Shown in pieces: positions 1 to 9,366 of a stretch of DNA of 64,000 bases. The position numbers and the translations under genes are program-made. The first letter of the stretch is position 1. Each line of letters opens with the position of its first letter. The notes beneath the pieces were generated by a model. That model was given only the letters and a program-made list of their open reading frames with translations. It did no database searches and was not told the origin of the DNA. This stretch comes from Roseibacillus sp. (lineage in GTDB: Bacteria; Verrucomicrobiota; Verrucomicrobiia; Verrucomicrobiales; Akkermansiaceae), in assembly GCA_051251855.1 (NCBI GenBank), contig JBPOGI010000003.1, positions 256,001-320,000 on the forward strand, read 5' to 3'.

Positions 1-226
1 CCTCGCTGCTTTTGGCCTCGGGGTCTTTGAGGATGAGGTTCAGTTCGTTGCGGAGGGAGGAGACTTGAGAAAGGACGGCGGTGATCGAGCGGTTTTCTTC
101 TCCGAAAACGATGACTCGGTCATCAGCGGAAATCACTCTACCAAGAGGCGCTTTCGCTTCTTTTTCTTGGGCACAAACCTGAAGACTCCCCGCAATGAGG
201 ACGAGGAGAAGCAGGCAGCGTTTCAT
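1..226 (-). CDS. Partial secreted hypothetical protein (runs off the window start)
   Basis: Hand translation from ATG at 226 gives MKRCLLLLVLIAGSLQVCAQEKEAK..., a signal peptide, and stays open to base 1. Confidence 0.65.
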   Translation of the reverse strand, partial: MKRCLLLLVLIAGSLQVCAQEKEAKAPLGRVISADDRVIVFGEENRSITAVLSQVSSLRNELNLILKDPEAKSSE

Positions 227-239
227 GAGAAAAAGAGTT

Positions 240-896
240 CTAAAGACCATCGATACCAAGGTCGCTATCGGTGGAGCGAGGCTCGAAGGAGACTTTGCCT
301 TCTTCAAATTCAATGGTGGCCTTTCCTTGGAGAAGGCTTTTAAGCGATCTCATCTCTGGAGCCATTGCTTTGGCCAACTCTTCATAGCTGCTCATCACAA
401 GGAGGAGGTAGCCTTGCATGACCGGCATTTGACCGAGGCGGCCGCCCCGCCAGTGAATGTTGGTGCTCATCTGGTTGTTGCCTTCAATGAGCTGCTCAAT
501 CTCTACATTCATCGCAATGGTGTGGAGACGGTTGAAGGCTTCGCGCTCGAAGACGACTTCCGCTGAACCTTCCTTGAACCGAATCCAAGTGCCGCGATAG
601 CTCACCGATTTGCCGAGCACTCCTTCTTGGGTGCCCTTCACTTTGCTAGCGACCCATTGGTTGACTTCTTCTTCGGTGAGCGTGACTTGGATGCCTTGGC
701 TCGCCGCGTTTTCGAGGACTCGTTCGAGGTTCCGAGCGGGTGGGGTGCTGGTGCCATCCTCGTTGCGACCTTCTAAATCGGAGAGGTCTTGCGGCAAGAA
801 CGAGAGGGTGATGGCGGTAAAAAGGAAAACCAAAAGCGCGAGCGCGAGAAGGAGCACCGCTGATTGAAACCGTTTAGACCGTTCTGCCATAGGCAA
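240..896 (-). CDS. Hypothetical membrane-anchored protein
   Basis: 218 aa ORF with one N-terminal TM helix, co-oriented directly after btuB. Confidence 0.7.
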   Translation of the reverse strand: MPMAERSKRFQSAVLLLALALLVFLFTAITLSFLPQDLSDLEGRNEDGTSTPPARNLERVLENAASQGIQVTLTEEEVNQWVASKVKGTQEGVLGKSVSYRGTWIRFKEGSAEVVFEREAFNRLHTIAMNVEIEQLIEGNNQMSTNIHWRGGRLGQMPVMQGYLLLVMSSYEELAKAMAPEMRSLKSLLQGKATIEFEEGKVSFEPRSTDSDLGIDGL

Positions 897-927
897 GGGT
901 TACCAGATTGAGAGCGGGACTCAAATT

Positions 928-2739
928 CTAAAACTCCATGCGAATTCCTCCAAAGGCCCCGAAGCCGCGAGTGGGAACTCCCAAGACCTCTTGATAATCC
1001 TCATTGAAAGCGTTCTCGATTCTACCGGTGAGGGTAACCGCATCGGTGAGGTCGTAGCTGGCATAGGCTCGGGCGAGAATCGAGGAGTCGATGCTCACTC
1101 GGCCAGCGGGGAAGGAGGCAAAGTCTAGGTCAATGCGCTCGGAGTTGTAGCTAGCACCAAAGCCGATGGTGAAACGCTCGTTGGGATGCAGGGCGAGGTC
1201 GGCGCTCGCAGTCCATTCGGGACGCCGGACCAGACGTTGGCCGGTGGTCTTGTCTTCGGCTTCGAAGAGATAGGTGAGGGCTGCTACGAGTTCGACTTTT
1301 TGCTCAAACCACGAGCCCCGTAGGTTGCCTTCGAGCCCCTTGAGCTTTGCCTGCCCAACGTTGCTAGGGGAAAAGTCGATGAGGTTTTTAATATCGTTCT
1401 GAAAGTAGGTCAAATCGACAAGAAAGCTCTCTCCCAAGGTCCACTCGACCCCCGCATCCCATCCCCGCGACCGCTCGGGTTCGAGGTCGGGGTTTCCCTC
1501 GAAAAAGAAGGCCGGAATACTGCCATAGAGTTCGAAAAAAGAAGGGGCACGAAAGCCAGTGCCATAGCTGCCATGAACGCGAAGACCCGAATCAGGGATG
1601 GTGTAAGTGGCGGTTCCGCGCCAGGTGAAGACTTCCTCCCAAGCCTCGAACCACTCGCCGCGCCCACCTAATCCAAAGACCAATCCTTCGGTAGGCTCCC
1701 AGAGGTGATTGATATAGGCGGCGCCGAGCCAGACGGATTCATCGACACCACCAGTCTCGTAGTCCTGCCATTCGGTGAGCAAGCCGGCGGCAGTGCGATG
1801 TTGCTCCGACCACTCGAGTTCGTTACGCCACTCGAGCGAAGCTTTGTTACTGCTGCTGCCGAAGGGAAAGGGCCCGCGCTCTTCGAATTCATCACGATAG
1901 AAACCCAGCGTGAGGCTCCAGTCCCAGATGTCTGATTGCGCGCGCTCGAGGTAGATCGAGCCGAGGATGGATTCGCGCTCGTCGGTTGCATAGGAGTTGC
2001 CTGAAGGATTTTGGTATTCGCTCCAGCCATAGCGCAAAGTAGTGCCAACTACGGTCTGGTCATTGAGGTCGGTCTCCAAGCGGATGGCTGATTGAGTCTG
2101 TTGGAAGTTGTTGTTAGGGCGGTCGTTCTCGGTGCGTTCACCACCGAGTCCAACGAAATAACGGAGGCCATCGGTCTCGCCTCCAATACGCAGTCCCGAG
2201 CGAACGGAGCCGAAGCTCCCTGCTTCTAAGAACCAGCTGTTCGATTCCACTTCTTCGCCTCGTCCCGTTTCCTGGCTCACAACCCCTCCGATGGCAGCGC
2301 TCCCGTAGAGAGCGCTTTGGGGTCCGCGTAGGATTCCCAGTTGACCCCCACCTGCGAGGCTGTCGGCACCCAAAAGATTGCTGGGGGCGTTATTCGAATC
2401 GGTGACGCGGAGCCCATCAACGAGGAAAAGAGTATGGTCGGACTCGGTACCTCGCAAGCGGAGCGCGGAGATGGAGCCTCGCTGACCACCTTCGGAAGCC
2501 ACCTGAACACCGGGAACTTGGCGGAGGGCGTCTTCGAGTCGGTATATTCCTTTTCTCTCAAGGTCTTCAGTCGCCAATTGAGTGAAGGCAGGGGCGACTT
2601 TGTGAGCGGGCTCTTCAAGGCGATTCGCGATGACGACGGTCTCGGGAAGAGTGACGGATTCGAAGAGATCTTGGCCCAGAGAGATACTGGGGCAAGCGAG
2701 CAGGAGAGCGCTGTGAAGCGCGGTCTTTTTCTGGTTCAT
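928..2739 (-). CDS. btuB: TonB-dependent receptor, vitamin B12 transporter BtuB-like
   Basis: Signal peptide, TonB box-like ETVVIANR, plug motifs LRQVPGV and LRGPQSALYGSAAIGGVV, terminal Phe. Cobalamin riboswitch upstream. Start placed at MNQKK (2739). Confidence 0.85.
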   Translation of the reverse strand: MNQKKTALHSALLLACPSISLGQDLFESVTLPETVVIANRLEEPAHKVAPAFTQLATEDLERKGIYRLEDALRQVPGVQVASEGGQRGSISALRLRGTESDHTLFLVDGLRVTDSNNAPSNLLGADSLAGGGQLGILRGPQSALYGSAAIGGVVSQETGRGEEVESNSWFLEAGSFGSVRSGLRIGGETDGLRYFVGLGGERTENDRPNNNFQQTQSAIRLETDLNDQTVVGTTLRYGWSEYQNPSGNSYATDERESILGSIYLERAQSDIWDWSLTLGFYRDEFEERGPFPFGSSSNKASLEWRNELEWSEQHRTAAGLLTEWQDYETGGVDESVWLGAAYINHLWEPTEGLVFGLGGRGEWFEAWEEVFTWRGTATYTIPDSGLRVHGSYGTGFRAPSFFELYGSIPAFFFEGNPDLEPERSRGWDAGVEWTLGESFLVDLTYFQNDIKNLIDFSPSNVGQAKLKGLEGNLRGSWFEQKVELVAALTYLFEAEDKTTGQRLVRRPEWTASADLALHPNERFTIGFGASYNSERIDLDFASFPAGRVSIDSSILARAYASYDLTDAVTLTGRIENAFNEDYQEVLGVPTRGFGAFGGIRMEF

Positions 2740-2754
2740 GTATTGTGTTCGTAG

Positions 2755-2880
2755 CCTGTGTTCCGCAGGTGATTTCAAACGGTCTTGACAGGCTGGCGAT
2801 CTGGCTCTTCTACAGATGTAGAAATACAGTGGCGGCACCGCTCCGGATTCACACCGGATTCCCCATAGGGCCTCTCAAAA
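2755..2880 (-). ncRNA. Cobalamin riboswitch (compact, class II-like)
   Basis: Minus strand reads GGGAATCCGGTGTGAATCCGGAGCGGTGCCGCCACTGTA...GAGCCAGATCGCC, followed by hairpin CCTGCGGAACACAGG just before the btuB start. Confidence 0.9.
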
Positions 2881-2964
2881 CACCTCGGCTTTCCCGAGGT
2901 GCGAGGAGAAGAACAGAAACGAGCGAAAGGTCAATGATTCAGCAACTCGTGTTTTTGGCAAGCT

Positions 2965-3075
2965 GTGGCGCGTGCCTCTGGCGCGCGAGAGTAAAGACGG
3001 TCGTCCTCGACCGGCAGAGTTTCAGGCAGTCGAGACGCCTGCCTTTGACCTTCGCGGCCCGGAGGACCGCGCCAC
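2965..3075. repeat. REP doublet (REPIN-like), left flank of RAYT
   Basis: GTGG-CGCGTGCCTCTGGCGCGCG ... CGCGGCCCGGAGGACCGCGCCAC; inverted homolog of 3811-3924. Confidence 0.85.
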
Positions 3076-3123
3076 GGGTAGGAATATCTTGACGATTGAT
3101 ACTCGTTTGAACACTTTTTAAAT

Positions 3124-3786
3124 ATGAACTCCGTTCCCTTTGTTCCGTTCAATTGCTTGAAAACTAAGGTCGAGAAAAGCAAGTCACGTCTTCCTCATTG
3201 GAGTCGAGAAGGAGCCACTCACTTTGTCACTTTCCGACTCGCGGATGCTATTCCTGCAGAGGCTAAGAAGCAATGGCGGCAAAAGCGTGAGGAGTGGTTG
3301 GCGAGATGTGGGACTTCTTCCGATGAGCAGAATTGGTTTGGTAGACTCACTGCCGAGCAGCGGCGTGAATATCGCAGTAAGTTTGGGGCGACTTTCGAAA
3401 AAATGATGGATCGAGGACAGGGAGAATGCCTTTTGAGAAAAGAGGCCAACGCAGGAATTTTAGCGGAGTGTCTTCACCACTTTGATGGGGAGAAGTATTT
3501 TCTCGGAGACTATGTGATTATGCCCAATCATGTTCATGTTTTGGTGATTCCGCTGGGAGAAAATATCCTTCATCAGATAGTGGGGGCTTGGAAGGGCTTT
3601 TCGTCGCGGCAGATGAATCAGAAGGAAGGAAGAAGCGGAGCGCTCTGGCAGCGTGAGAGTTTTGACCATGCTGTTCGGACAGAGAGGCAATTACAGCGGT
3701 TCGTCGACTATATTGCGGACAATCCCCTGAAGGCGGGGCTGTCTCCAGAGAGTTGTCGTCGGTATCAGGTTGAGTGGAAGCGGTAG
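3124..3786 (+). mobile_element. REP-associated tyrosine transposase (RAYT, Y1/HUH family)
   Basis: HFVTFRL, HUH motif MPNHVHVL, WQRESFDH and catalytic Tyr in YIADNPLKAGL; flanked by REPs. Confidence 0.9.
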
Positions 3787-3810
3787 CTTGATAAAGCCCG
3801 GAAAAAATGC

Positions 3811-3924
3811 GTGGCGCGGCTCTCTGGGCCGCGAAGGTTGAGGGCAGGCGTCTCAACTGTCCGGAGGGGTTCTTCCGGTCGAGGGCGACCGTGCCCATTC
3901 TCGCACGCCGGAGGCACGCGCTAC
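3811..3924. repeat. REP doublet (REPIN-like), right flank of RAYT
   Basis: GTGGCGCGGCTCTCTGGGCCGCG ... CGCACGCCGGAGGCACGCGCTAC; its reverse complement aligns over about 110 bp with 2965-3075. Confidence 0.85.
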
Positions 3925-3945
3925 GTCGGGAAATTCTGGCGAATA

Positions 3946-6654
3946 TCAACCGGTCTCCTTCAAGCCAGAGGAGATGGCGTTGACGGTGAGTTGGAGGGCG
4001 AGGAAGGTGTCGCCTTCCATTGGACGGTCGTCGGCGCGCCAGTCTTTGAGGAGCTGAATTTGTTGAAGGTGCAGCTTCTTCAAGGGCTCTTCGCGCAGGG
4101 CGAGGGTCTTGTTCATGCGGGGGCGCCTCTTGGCGAAGTCGCCTCCGAGGAAGGCTCCGACTTGCTCGCGGGTGCGCTGGAATTCTTCGCGTACCGTTTT
4201 GAGAACGCGGTCGCGGAGAGCGGTGTCTTCGCAGAGTCCTCCGTAGTTTTCCATAAGTTCTAAATTGGCGCTGGCGAGTGAGGTCTCGACGTTTGTGAAG
4301 ACGTAGCGCAAGAAGGCGATGGAAGAGAAGGAGTCTTTGAGCTTGGCGTAGGTCGCCGGGTCGTTTTTCTCGAGATTTTCTAAGCCGCTGCCGACACCGA
4401 ACCAGCCAGGAAGATAGAAGCGTGATTGAGTCCATGAAAAGACCCAGGGGATGGCGCGAAGGTCCTTCAAGGAAGGCTTGCCTGTGCGTCGCGCGGGGCG
4501 GGAACCAAAGACGCCGGTTTCCAATGCGTCGATGGGTGTCGCGGAGCGGTGGAAGGTGAGGAAGTCTTCGCTGGTGAGGAGAGCGCGGTAGGCGTCCGAG
4601 CTGGCTGCAGAAAGGGCATCGAGGGTGGGATGGAATTCGTCGGGAACGCCGGTGCGTTTGTCCTGCATTGCGACGGCTTCACTGACCCCTGCCATGAGCA
4701 GTTCGAGGTGGTAGTGGGCGTTGCCCTCGTGGGAATACTTGCGAGGAAGTACTTCGCCTTGTTCTGTGAGTCGAACTGGTCCGGTGAGGCAGCCGGGAGG
4801 GAGGGCGCGCAAGAACCATTGGGTGGGTCCTGCCCCACGTCCGATGGTGCCACCGCGTCCGTGGAAGAACTGGGGCTCGAAGTTGCGGCTGGCGAGGGAT
4901 TCGGCCATCTCCTTTTGGGCACGGTGAATGCCCCATTGGCTTGCGAAAACTCCGGCGTCTTTGTTGCTGTCAGAGTAACCAACCATCGCGGGTTGCACGG
5001 TGTCAGAACCACCGGCCATGAGGTCACGGTATTCGCCGAGGATGCCGGAAGCTGCGGCGAGGTCATCACCGGTTTCAAAGAGGGGGCTGACGGGGAGGCG
5101 GGAGCGCCACATGCCATCGACGTAGTCAGCGAGTCCGGCTTCGCGGGCGAAGAGGTGCATCGCGAGCAGGTCTGAGACTTGGCGGGTCATGGAGATGATG
5201 AGCTGGCCAAGGGACTCGGAGCCACGGGTCTTTTCCTGTTCGGCAACGACCCGTAGGTAGCCCAAGACGTTTTCGCCAGCTTCGGGAAGAGGCCCATTGA
5301 CGGAGAGGAGAGGGCGACGGCTCTTCAATTCCTCTAACAAAAAGGAGACGCGTTTTTCCTCGGGCCAATCGGCGAAGTTCTCGGCGTCGGCAATACCGGC
5401 TGTGGAGAGAATTGCGGAGATCGCGGCATCGTGGGTGGCAGAGTTGTTGCGAATGTCGAGATGGGCGAGGTGGAATCCAAAGACATCGTTGAGGAGAATG
5501 AGTGGTTCGACCCATTCTTTGGCAGCGAGCTTGGCGCCAGCTTCGCAAAGGGTCCAACGCGCGAGTTCGAGGTCTTCGCCGTAGTCTTCGCTGAACTCGT
5601 AACCACCGGGCTTCCCAGCCATGGATCTTTCCAGCTTTTCGCGAAGGAGATAGAGCCAGCAACGCCAGCGTTCGGCTTCATTGCGCTTGGCGATGTAGCT
5701 GCCGGTTTCGCCGAGCTCTTCGGTGAGGCGGGCGATGCCTTCCTCGAGTGCGGCGGGGACTTTGACAAAGGGCTTACTGGCGGTGAGAGATTCGGCAGAT
5801 TTGCGCACCCAGCGTCTTTGCAGGCGGAGGGCTTGGTAGCGCATTTCGGCGAAGGTGTTGCTGGTGACTTCGGGGGTGACAAAGGGGTGACCATCGCGGT
5901 CGCCACCGATCCAACTCGCGAAACGGATGCGTGGGTAGGCTTGAGCGGTACGGAGTTTGTCGAGGGACCAACCAGCGGCTTCCCAAGCGACTTCGAGAGA
6001 GCGGTTGAGGCGAATGACGACTTCGGGGAAGACTTCGCGCAGGTAGTAAAGAGCATTGCGACGCTCGTCACCGATGGTGGGGCGCTCGACAAAGATTTCG
6101 CCAGTGTGCCAGAGGCTTTCGAATTCGGCGCGCAGGCTGTCGCGAACGCGTTTTTCGCGAAGCGGGTCGAGACGAGCGTCTTCCCACTCGGCGAGGCGGT
6201 TGTAAATGGCGAGGTGCTTTTCGCGGACGAGCGGGCGTTTGGCTTCAGTGGGGTGAGCGGTCAGGACGGGCTCGACTTCGACTTTCTGGAAGGCCTCGAT
6301 GGCTTGGTCTTCGAAGAGTCCGGCTTCCTTCATGCGGGCGATCACACCCGGCCAGAGACCGCGAATGGTTTCGGGGCCATGTTCAGCGCGGCGAATGGCT
6401 CGGAAGCGCCAGGCGACGCGTTCTTCCACGATATTGAGAATCTCGAAGGCGAGAGAGGCGAGTTGGGCCGCTTCGGCGGCATCCGCGGGATTTTCTTCGA
6501 GGGTGGGGGACTCGGAGAGCCAAGGGAGACGGTTAATGGAATCCAAGGAGAGGGGGAGCGAATCGGCCAAAGTGTTGGTCACCTCGCGCAGTTCGTCTTC
6601 AAGGGCTTGGAATCCTCGGTCAAAATAGGCTTCGTTCAATCCGTCATTCGGCAT
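3946..6654 (-). CDS. ppc: Phosphoenolpyruvate carboxylase
   Basis: VLTAHPTE, SWIGGDRDG, GYSDSNKDAG, FHGRGGTIGRG, TEQGE and LRAIPWVFSWTQSR motifs. Confidence 0.97.
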   Translation of the reverse strand: MPNDGLNEAYFDRGFQALEDELREVTNTLADSLPLSLDSINRLPWLSESPTLEENPADAAEAAQLASLAFEILNIVEERVAWRFRAIRRAEHGPETIRGLWPGVIARMKEAGLFEDQAIEAFQKVEVEPVLTAHPTEAKRPLVREKHLAIYNRLAEWEDARLDPLREKRVRDSLRAEFESLWHTGEIFVERPTIGDERRNALYYLREVFPEVVIRLNRSLEVAWEAAGWSLDKLRTAQAYPRIRFASWIGGDRDGHPFVTPEVTSNTFAEMRYQALRLQRRWVRKSAESLTASKPFVKVPAALEEGIARLTEELGETGSYIAKRNEAERWRCWLYLLREKLERSMAGKPGGYEFSEDYGEDLELARWTLCEAGAKLAAKEWVEPLILLNDVFGFHLAHLDIRNNSATHDAAISAILSTAGIADAENFADWPEEKRVSFLLEELKSRRPLLSVNGPLPEAGENVLGYLRVVAEQEKTRGSESLGQLIISMTRQVSDLLAMHLFAREAGLADYVDGMWRSRLPVSPLFETGDDLAAASGILGEYRDLMAGGSDTVQPAMVGYSDSNKDAGVFASQWGIHRAQKEMAESLASRNFEPQFFHGRGGTIGRGAGPTQWFLRALPPGCLTGPVRLTEQGEVLPRKYSHEGNAHYHLELLMAGVSEAVAMQDKRTGVPDEFHPTLDALSAASSDAYRALLTSEDFLTFHRSATPIDALETGVFGSRPARRTGKPSLKDLRAIPWVFSWTQSRFYLPGWFGVGSGLENLEKNDPATYAKLKDSFSSIAFLRYVFTNVETSLASANLELMENYGGLCEDTALRDRVLKTVREEFQRTREQVGAFLGGDFAKRRPRMNKTLALREEPLKKLHLQQIQLLKDWRADDRPMEGDTFLALQLTVNAISSGLKETG

Positions 6655-6727
6655 GGCTCTACTTCAACGGAAAGCAGATGGCGTGCAAGCTTTGGCCGCA
6701 AAAATCGGAAAGGTCGGGGCAAGATCG

Positions 6728-7024
6728 CTAAATTCCCCGCAGATATTGGTAGGAATAGAGCCCGGTGGCATGTCCGTCTCCCCAACGAGGCTGGAGAGCG
6801 TAACCGCCCACCACTTCCCAACTGACGAGGTCGAAGGCTTTGTTGCCGAGTTGGGGATTTGGGCGCACCACGCGACCCAGGGCGTCGGGCTCTCCTTGGC
6901 AGGCCGCACAGGGGCAGGCGCGGCGGAGGGCCTCGAAGGTGAAGTAGTTTTCTTCGCCGTCGCTCCAAGCCAAGGCGATTTCGTTACCAATGACGGCGGC
7001 GTTCTTAAGAGAAAGAGGATCCAT
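6728..7024 (-). CDS. DUF971 / gamma-butyrobetaine hydroxylase N-terminal-like metal-binding protein
   Basis: LRRACPCAAC, VGGYALQPRWGDGHATGLY; start placed at MDPLS (7024). Confidence 0.85.
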   Translation of the reverse strand: MDPLSLKNAAVIGNEIALAWSDGEENYFTFEALRRACPCAACQGEPDALGRVVRPNPQLGNKAFDLVSWEVVGGYALQPRWGDGHATGLYSYQYLRGI

Positions 7025-7034
7025 GAGAGCTGTT

Positions 7035-7484
7035 TTAACGTCCCTTGAGCTGGCCAACTTCTCCTTGAGGCCACACGGCGCCGGAGACGATCCATCGCTC
7101 GAGGACCTTGAGGTCGCTTGGGGCGACTTTCATGCCGACGGATGGCATTTTCAGGGTAGGGTGTTTTCCGGCAGCGGCGATGAAGAAGAGGCTCTCATCG
7201 GGCTTGCCCGGGACGATGCGCTTATTCTTGAAGGCTTCCTCTCGGTTGGTGAGGGCGTAGGGCATCTTCTTGTCCTTGCCATCATGGCACCAGACGCAGC
7301 GCTCCTCCAAAATGGGTTTCACGTGGCGAGCAAAATCAATCCGGCTCTTGGTTTCTGCTTGGACCAAAGCGCTCAGAACGGGCTTGTCGTCGATACGAGT
7401 CTCGGACTCACTCCACTTACTACAGGAGACCAAAAGAAGGGAACTTGCTAAAAAGACGCTGGAAATTGCTTTCATCTTGCCCAT
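7035..7484 (-). CDS. Lipoprotein with planctomycete-type cytochrome c domain
   Basis: Lipobox LVSC, IDFARHVKPILEERCVWCH heme motif, IVPGKPDES, distal KMP. Confidence 0.8.
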   Translation of the reverse strand: MGKMKAISSVFLASSLLLVSCSKWSESETRIDDKPVLSALVQAETKSRIDFARHVKPILEERCVWCHDGKDKKMPYALTNREEAFKNKRIVPGKPDESLFFIAAAGKHPTLKMPSVGMKVAPSDLKVLERWIVSGAVWPQGEVGQLKGR

Positions 7485-8247
7485 GTTCTACCCTCAACTT
7501 CGTCTTTTGAACAGCATGCCGTCGCGTCAACTTTCCTTCGCTCTCCTTTTCATGCTCGTGCTCCCAGTGAGCGCACAGTCTTCGGGTCCTTCGGTGGTGG
7601 CTCCAAGTCAACGTCGTCCAGCAGTACAGGGGGGCGTTCCGAAGTATCCTTGGCACCTCGGAACGACTGTAACGATTTTCTGGATTGGTGAGCAGCCGAC
7701 CCCTCGCAATCCTACTCCGAACTGCAAGTCCTCGTGGGACACCAAGTGGATGCAGAATTATGGAGGCTATGATAATCCCGATCCCAAGACGCGTCGGGGT
7801 TATTTGCCAAAAGCGTTTACTCCGAAGCAGAATAATTTCTATGTCGCCTTGCCCTACAACGATATCCTCAATCATCGCCAGCATAAGCCTGAGGCTTCGA
7901 AAGTGATTCCTTGGTTCAAGCGCTATAATCCGCGACCCGGCAAGACGGTCTGTAAGGGACGCTGGGTAGAAATCGCTCGGAATGGAAAGGTTTGCTATGC
8001 CCAATGGGAAGATTGTGGCCCTTTCAGCACCACCAACTGGGAATTTGTCTTTCGTAATGAGAGGGTGAAAAATCGCAAGAATAACGAGGCAGGCATCGAT
8101 GTTTCACCGGCGGTGCGCGATTTCCTTGGGGTGAAAAGCGGGCAAAAAGTGCACTGGCGATTTGTGGAGTTTCAGCACGTCAAACGTGGCCCTTGGTCGT
8201 TGTACGGCATGAACAATCCCTTCGTGAATCCAAAAGCTCGCCGTTGA
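7483..8247 (+). CDS. Secreted protein with probable double-psi beta-barrel (RlpA/DPBB-like) fold
   Basis: Signal peptide, YVALP, CYAQWEDCGP, GIDVSPAV. Start is 7483 or 7516. Confidence 0.6.
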   Translation: MFYPQLRLLNSMPSRQLSFALLFMLVLPVSAQSSGPSVVAPSQRRPAVQGGVPKYPWHLGTTVTIFWIGEQPTPRNPTPNCKSSWDTKWMQNYGGYDNPDPKTRRGYLPKAFTPKQNNFYVALPYNDILNHRQHKPEASKVIPWFKRYNPRPGKTVCKGRWVEIARNGKVCYAQWEDCGPFSTTNWEFVFRNERVKNRKNNEAGIDVSPAVRDFLGVKSGQKVHWRFVEFQHVKRGPWSLYGMNNPFVNPKARR

Positions 8248-8383
8248 AGCTGTTTCCCGAGTGCTCTACCGTGAAGTTTGGTCCTTCATAACCAGCTTGT
8301 TTCGAGGGCTTTCAGTAAGAAAAAGAGGAAGTGTCATTAAAATATTGATTAGTTTGTCATGAATATTAAGATAAGCGAATCTT

Positions 8384-9208
8384 ATGAAGTCGATTTCCCC
8401 TTTTCCCCAATGGGCGAGACTTGGTCTCTTGTGCGGTCTTTTGCCGTCTCTGGTGGCGTCAAACGCTGAAGCGATCAACGTCGACACCGAGCTTGTGATT
8501 CTAGTGAATGCGCAGACTGCTCCCACATCGGATTTTGACTACATTATGGAAGGGGTGGCGCAAACCTTCGAGCAACAGTCCTTCATTGATAGTGTAGTTG
8601 CTGGGCCTCACGGAAAAATTGCCGCGACAGTGCTTTTTTTCAATGCCAATGGGGGAGCAGGCGAGGTTGTTGGCCTTCCTTGGATGGAGCTTTCCTCGGC
8701 TGCTGACTTGCAAGCTTTTGCCGATAGTGCCCGAGCTGTCACAGCCCCGAGTCTTGGCTGGAATGTGAACTACGCTTCCGCGATTACCGAGGGTGCTGCT
8801 CAATTGGCCTCTTCGGTCTTCGAGGGGTCGTTGCGCCAGATGACGGTGATTAGCGACGGACACAACTTTTATGCCGCCAATCCTTCGGGCACTCAGGCTG
8901 CTCGGGATGCGGCATTGGCAAGCTCGGCTGATGTAATCAATTCTGTGATCTTCGATATTCAGTATCAGGAAGCGGCCGCAGCAGCCTACTATAACAATAA
9001 CGTCATTGGAGGAGCGGGTGCGACTGCGGAGGTCGTGGGAACGTCCACTTGGGCGGCCAAGGATCCTGCCGACACCGCTCTGATTTTCGGGACATTCGAA
9101 ACCCAAATTTCTTCAGCCACCATCGCTGCTGCTACCATACCGGAACCCAGTTCAGGACTTCTGTTTTTGGGGGGGGCGCTCGCCTTGCTCGTTCGGCGTC
9201 GACGCTAG
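8384..9208 (+). CDS. DUF1194 (vWA-like) PEP-CTERM protein
   Basis: Signal peptide, VDTELVILV, VISDG, ARDAAL, C-terminal IPEPSS-TM-RRRR. Confidence 0.8.
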   Translation: MKSISPFPQWARLGLLCGLLPSLVASNAEAINVDTELVILVNAQTAPTSDFDYIMEGVAQTFEQQSFIDSVVAGPHGKIAATVLFFNANGGAGEVVGLPWMELSSAADLQAFADSARAVTAPSLGWNVNYASAITEGAAQLASSVFEGSLRQMTVISDGHNFYAANPSGTQAARDAALASSADVINSVIFDIQYQEAAAAAYYNNNVIGGAGATAEVVGTSTWAAKDPADTALIFGTFETQISSATIAAATIPEPSSGLLFLGGALALLVRRRR

Positions 9209-9366
9209 TGTTTTGAGAGTGCCAGCCTTTGAGAGCTGACTTTAGAGCTAACTCCATTCTTTGGAGCTACTCGCCCTGCTTCGAGTGCAAGGGAGTTTTC
9301 TGTTTGGAAATCTATCGACGAATTATAATCGTCATTTTGTGACTTTTCCGTTTCTATCTCTTCCAC

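Noticed and set aside
2740..2838. N-terminal extension of btuB in the ORF track
   Set aside because: It overlaps the riboswitch; the signal peptide starts at 2739.
8332..8367. Pho-box-like TGTCAT repeats
   Set aside because: Spacing is 23 bp, not 11 or 22, and the context is AT-rich, so chance is likely.
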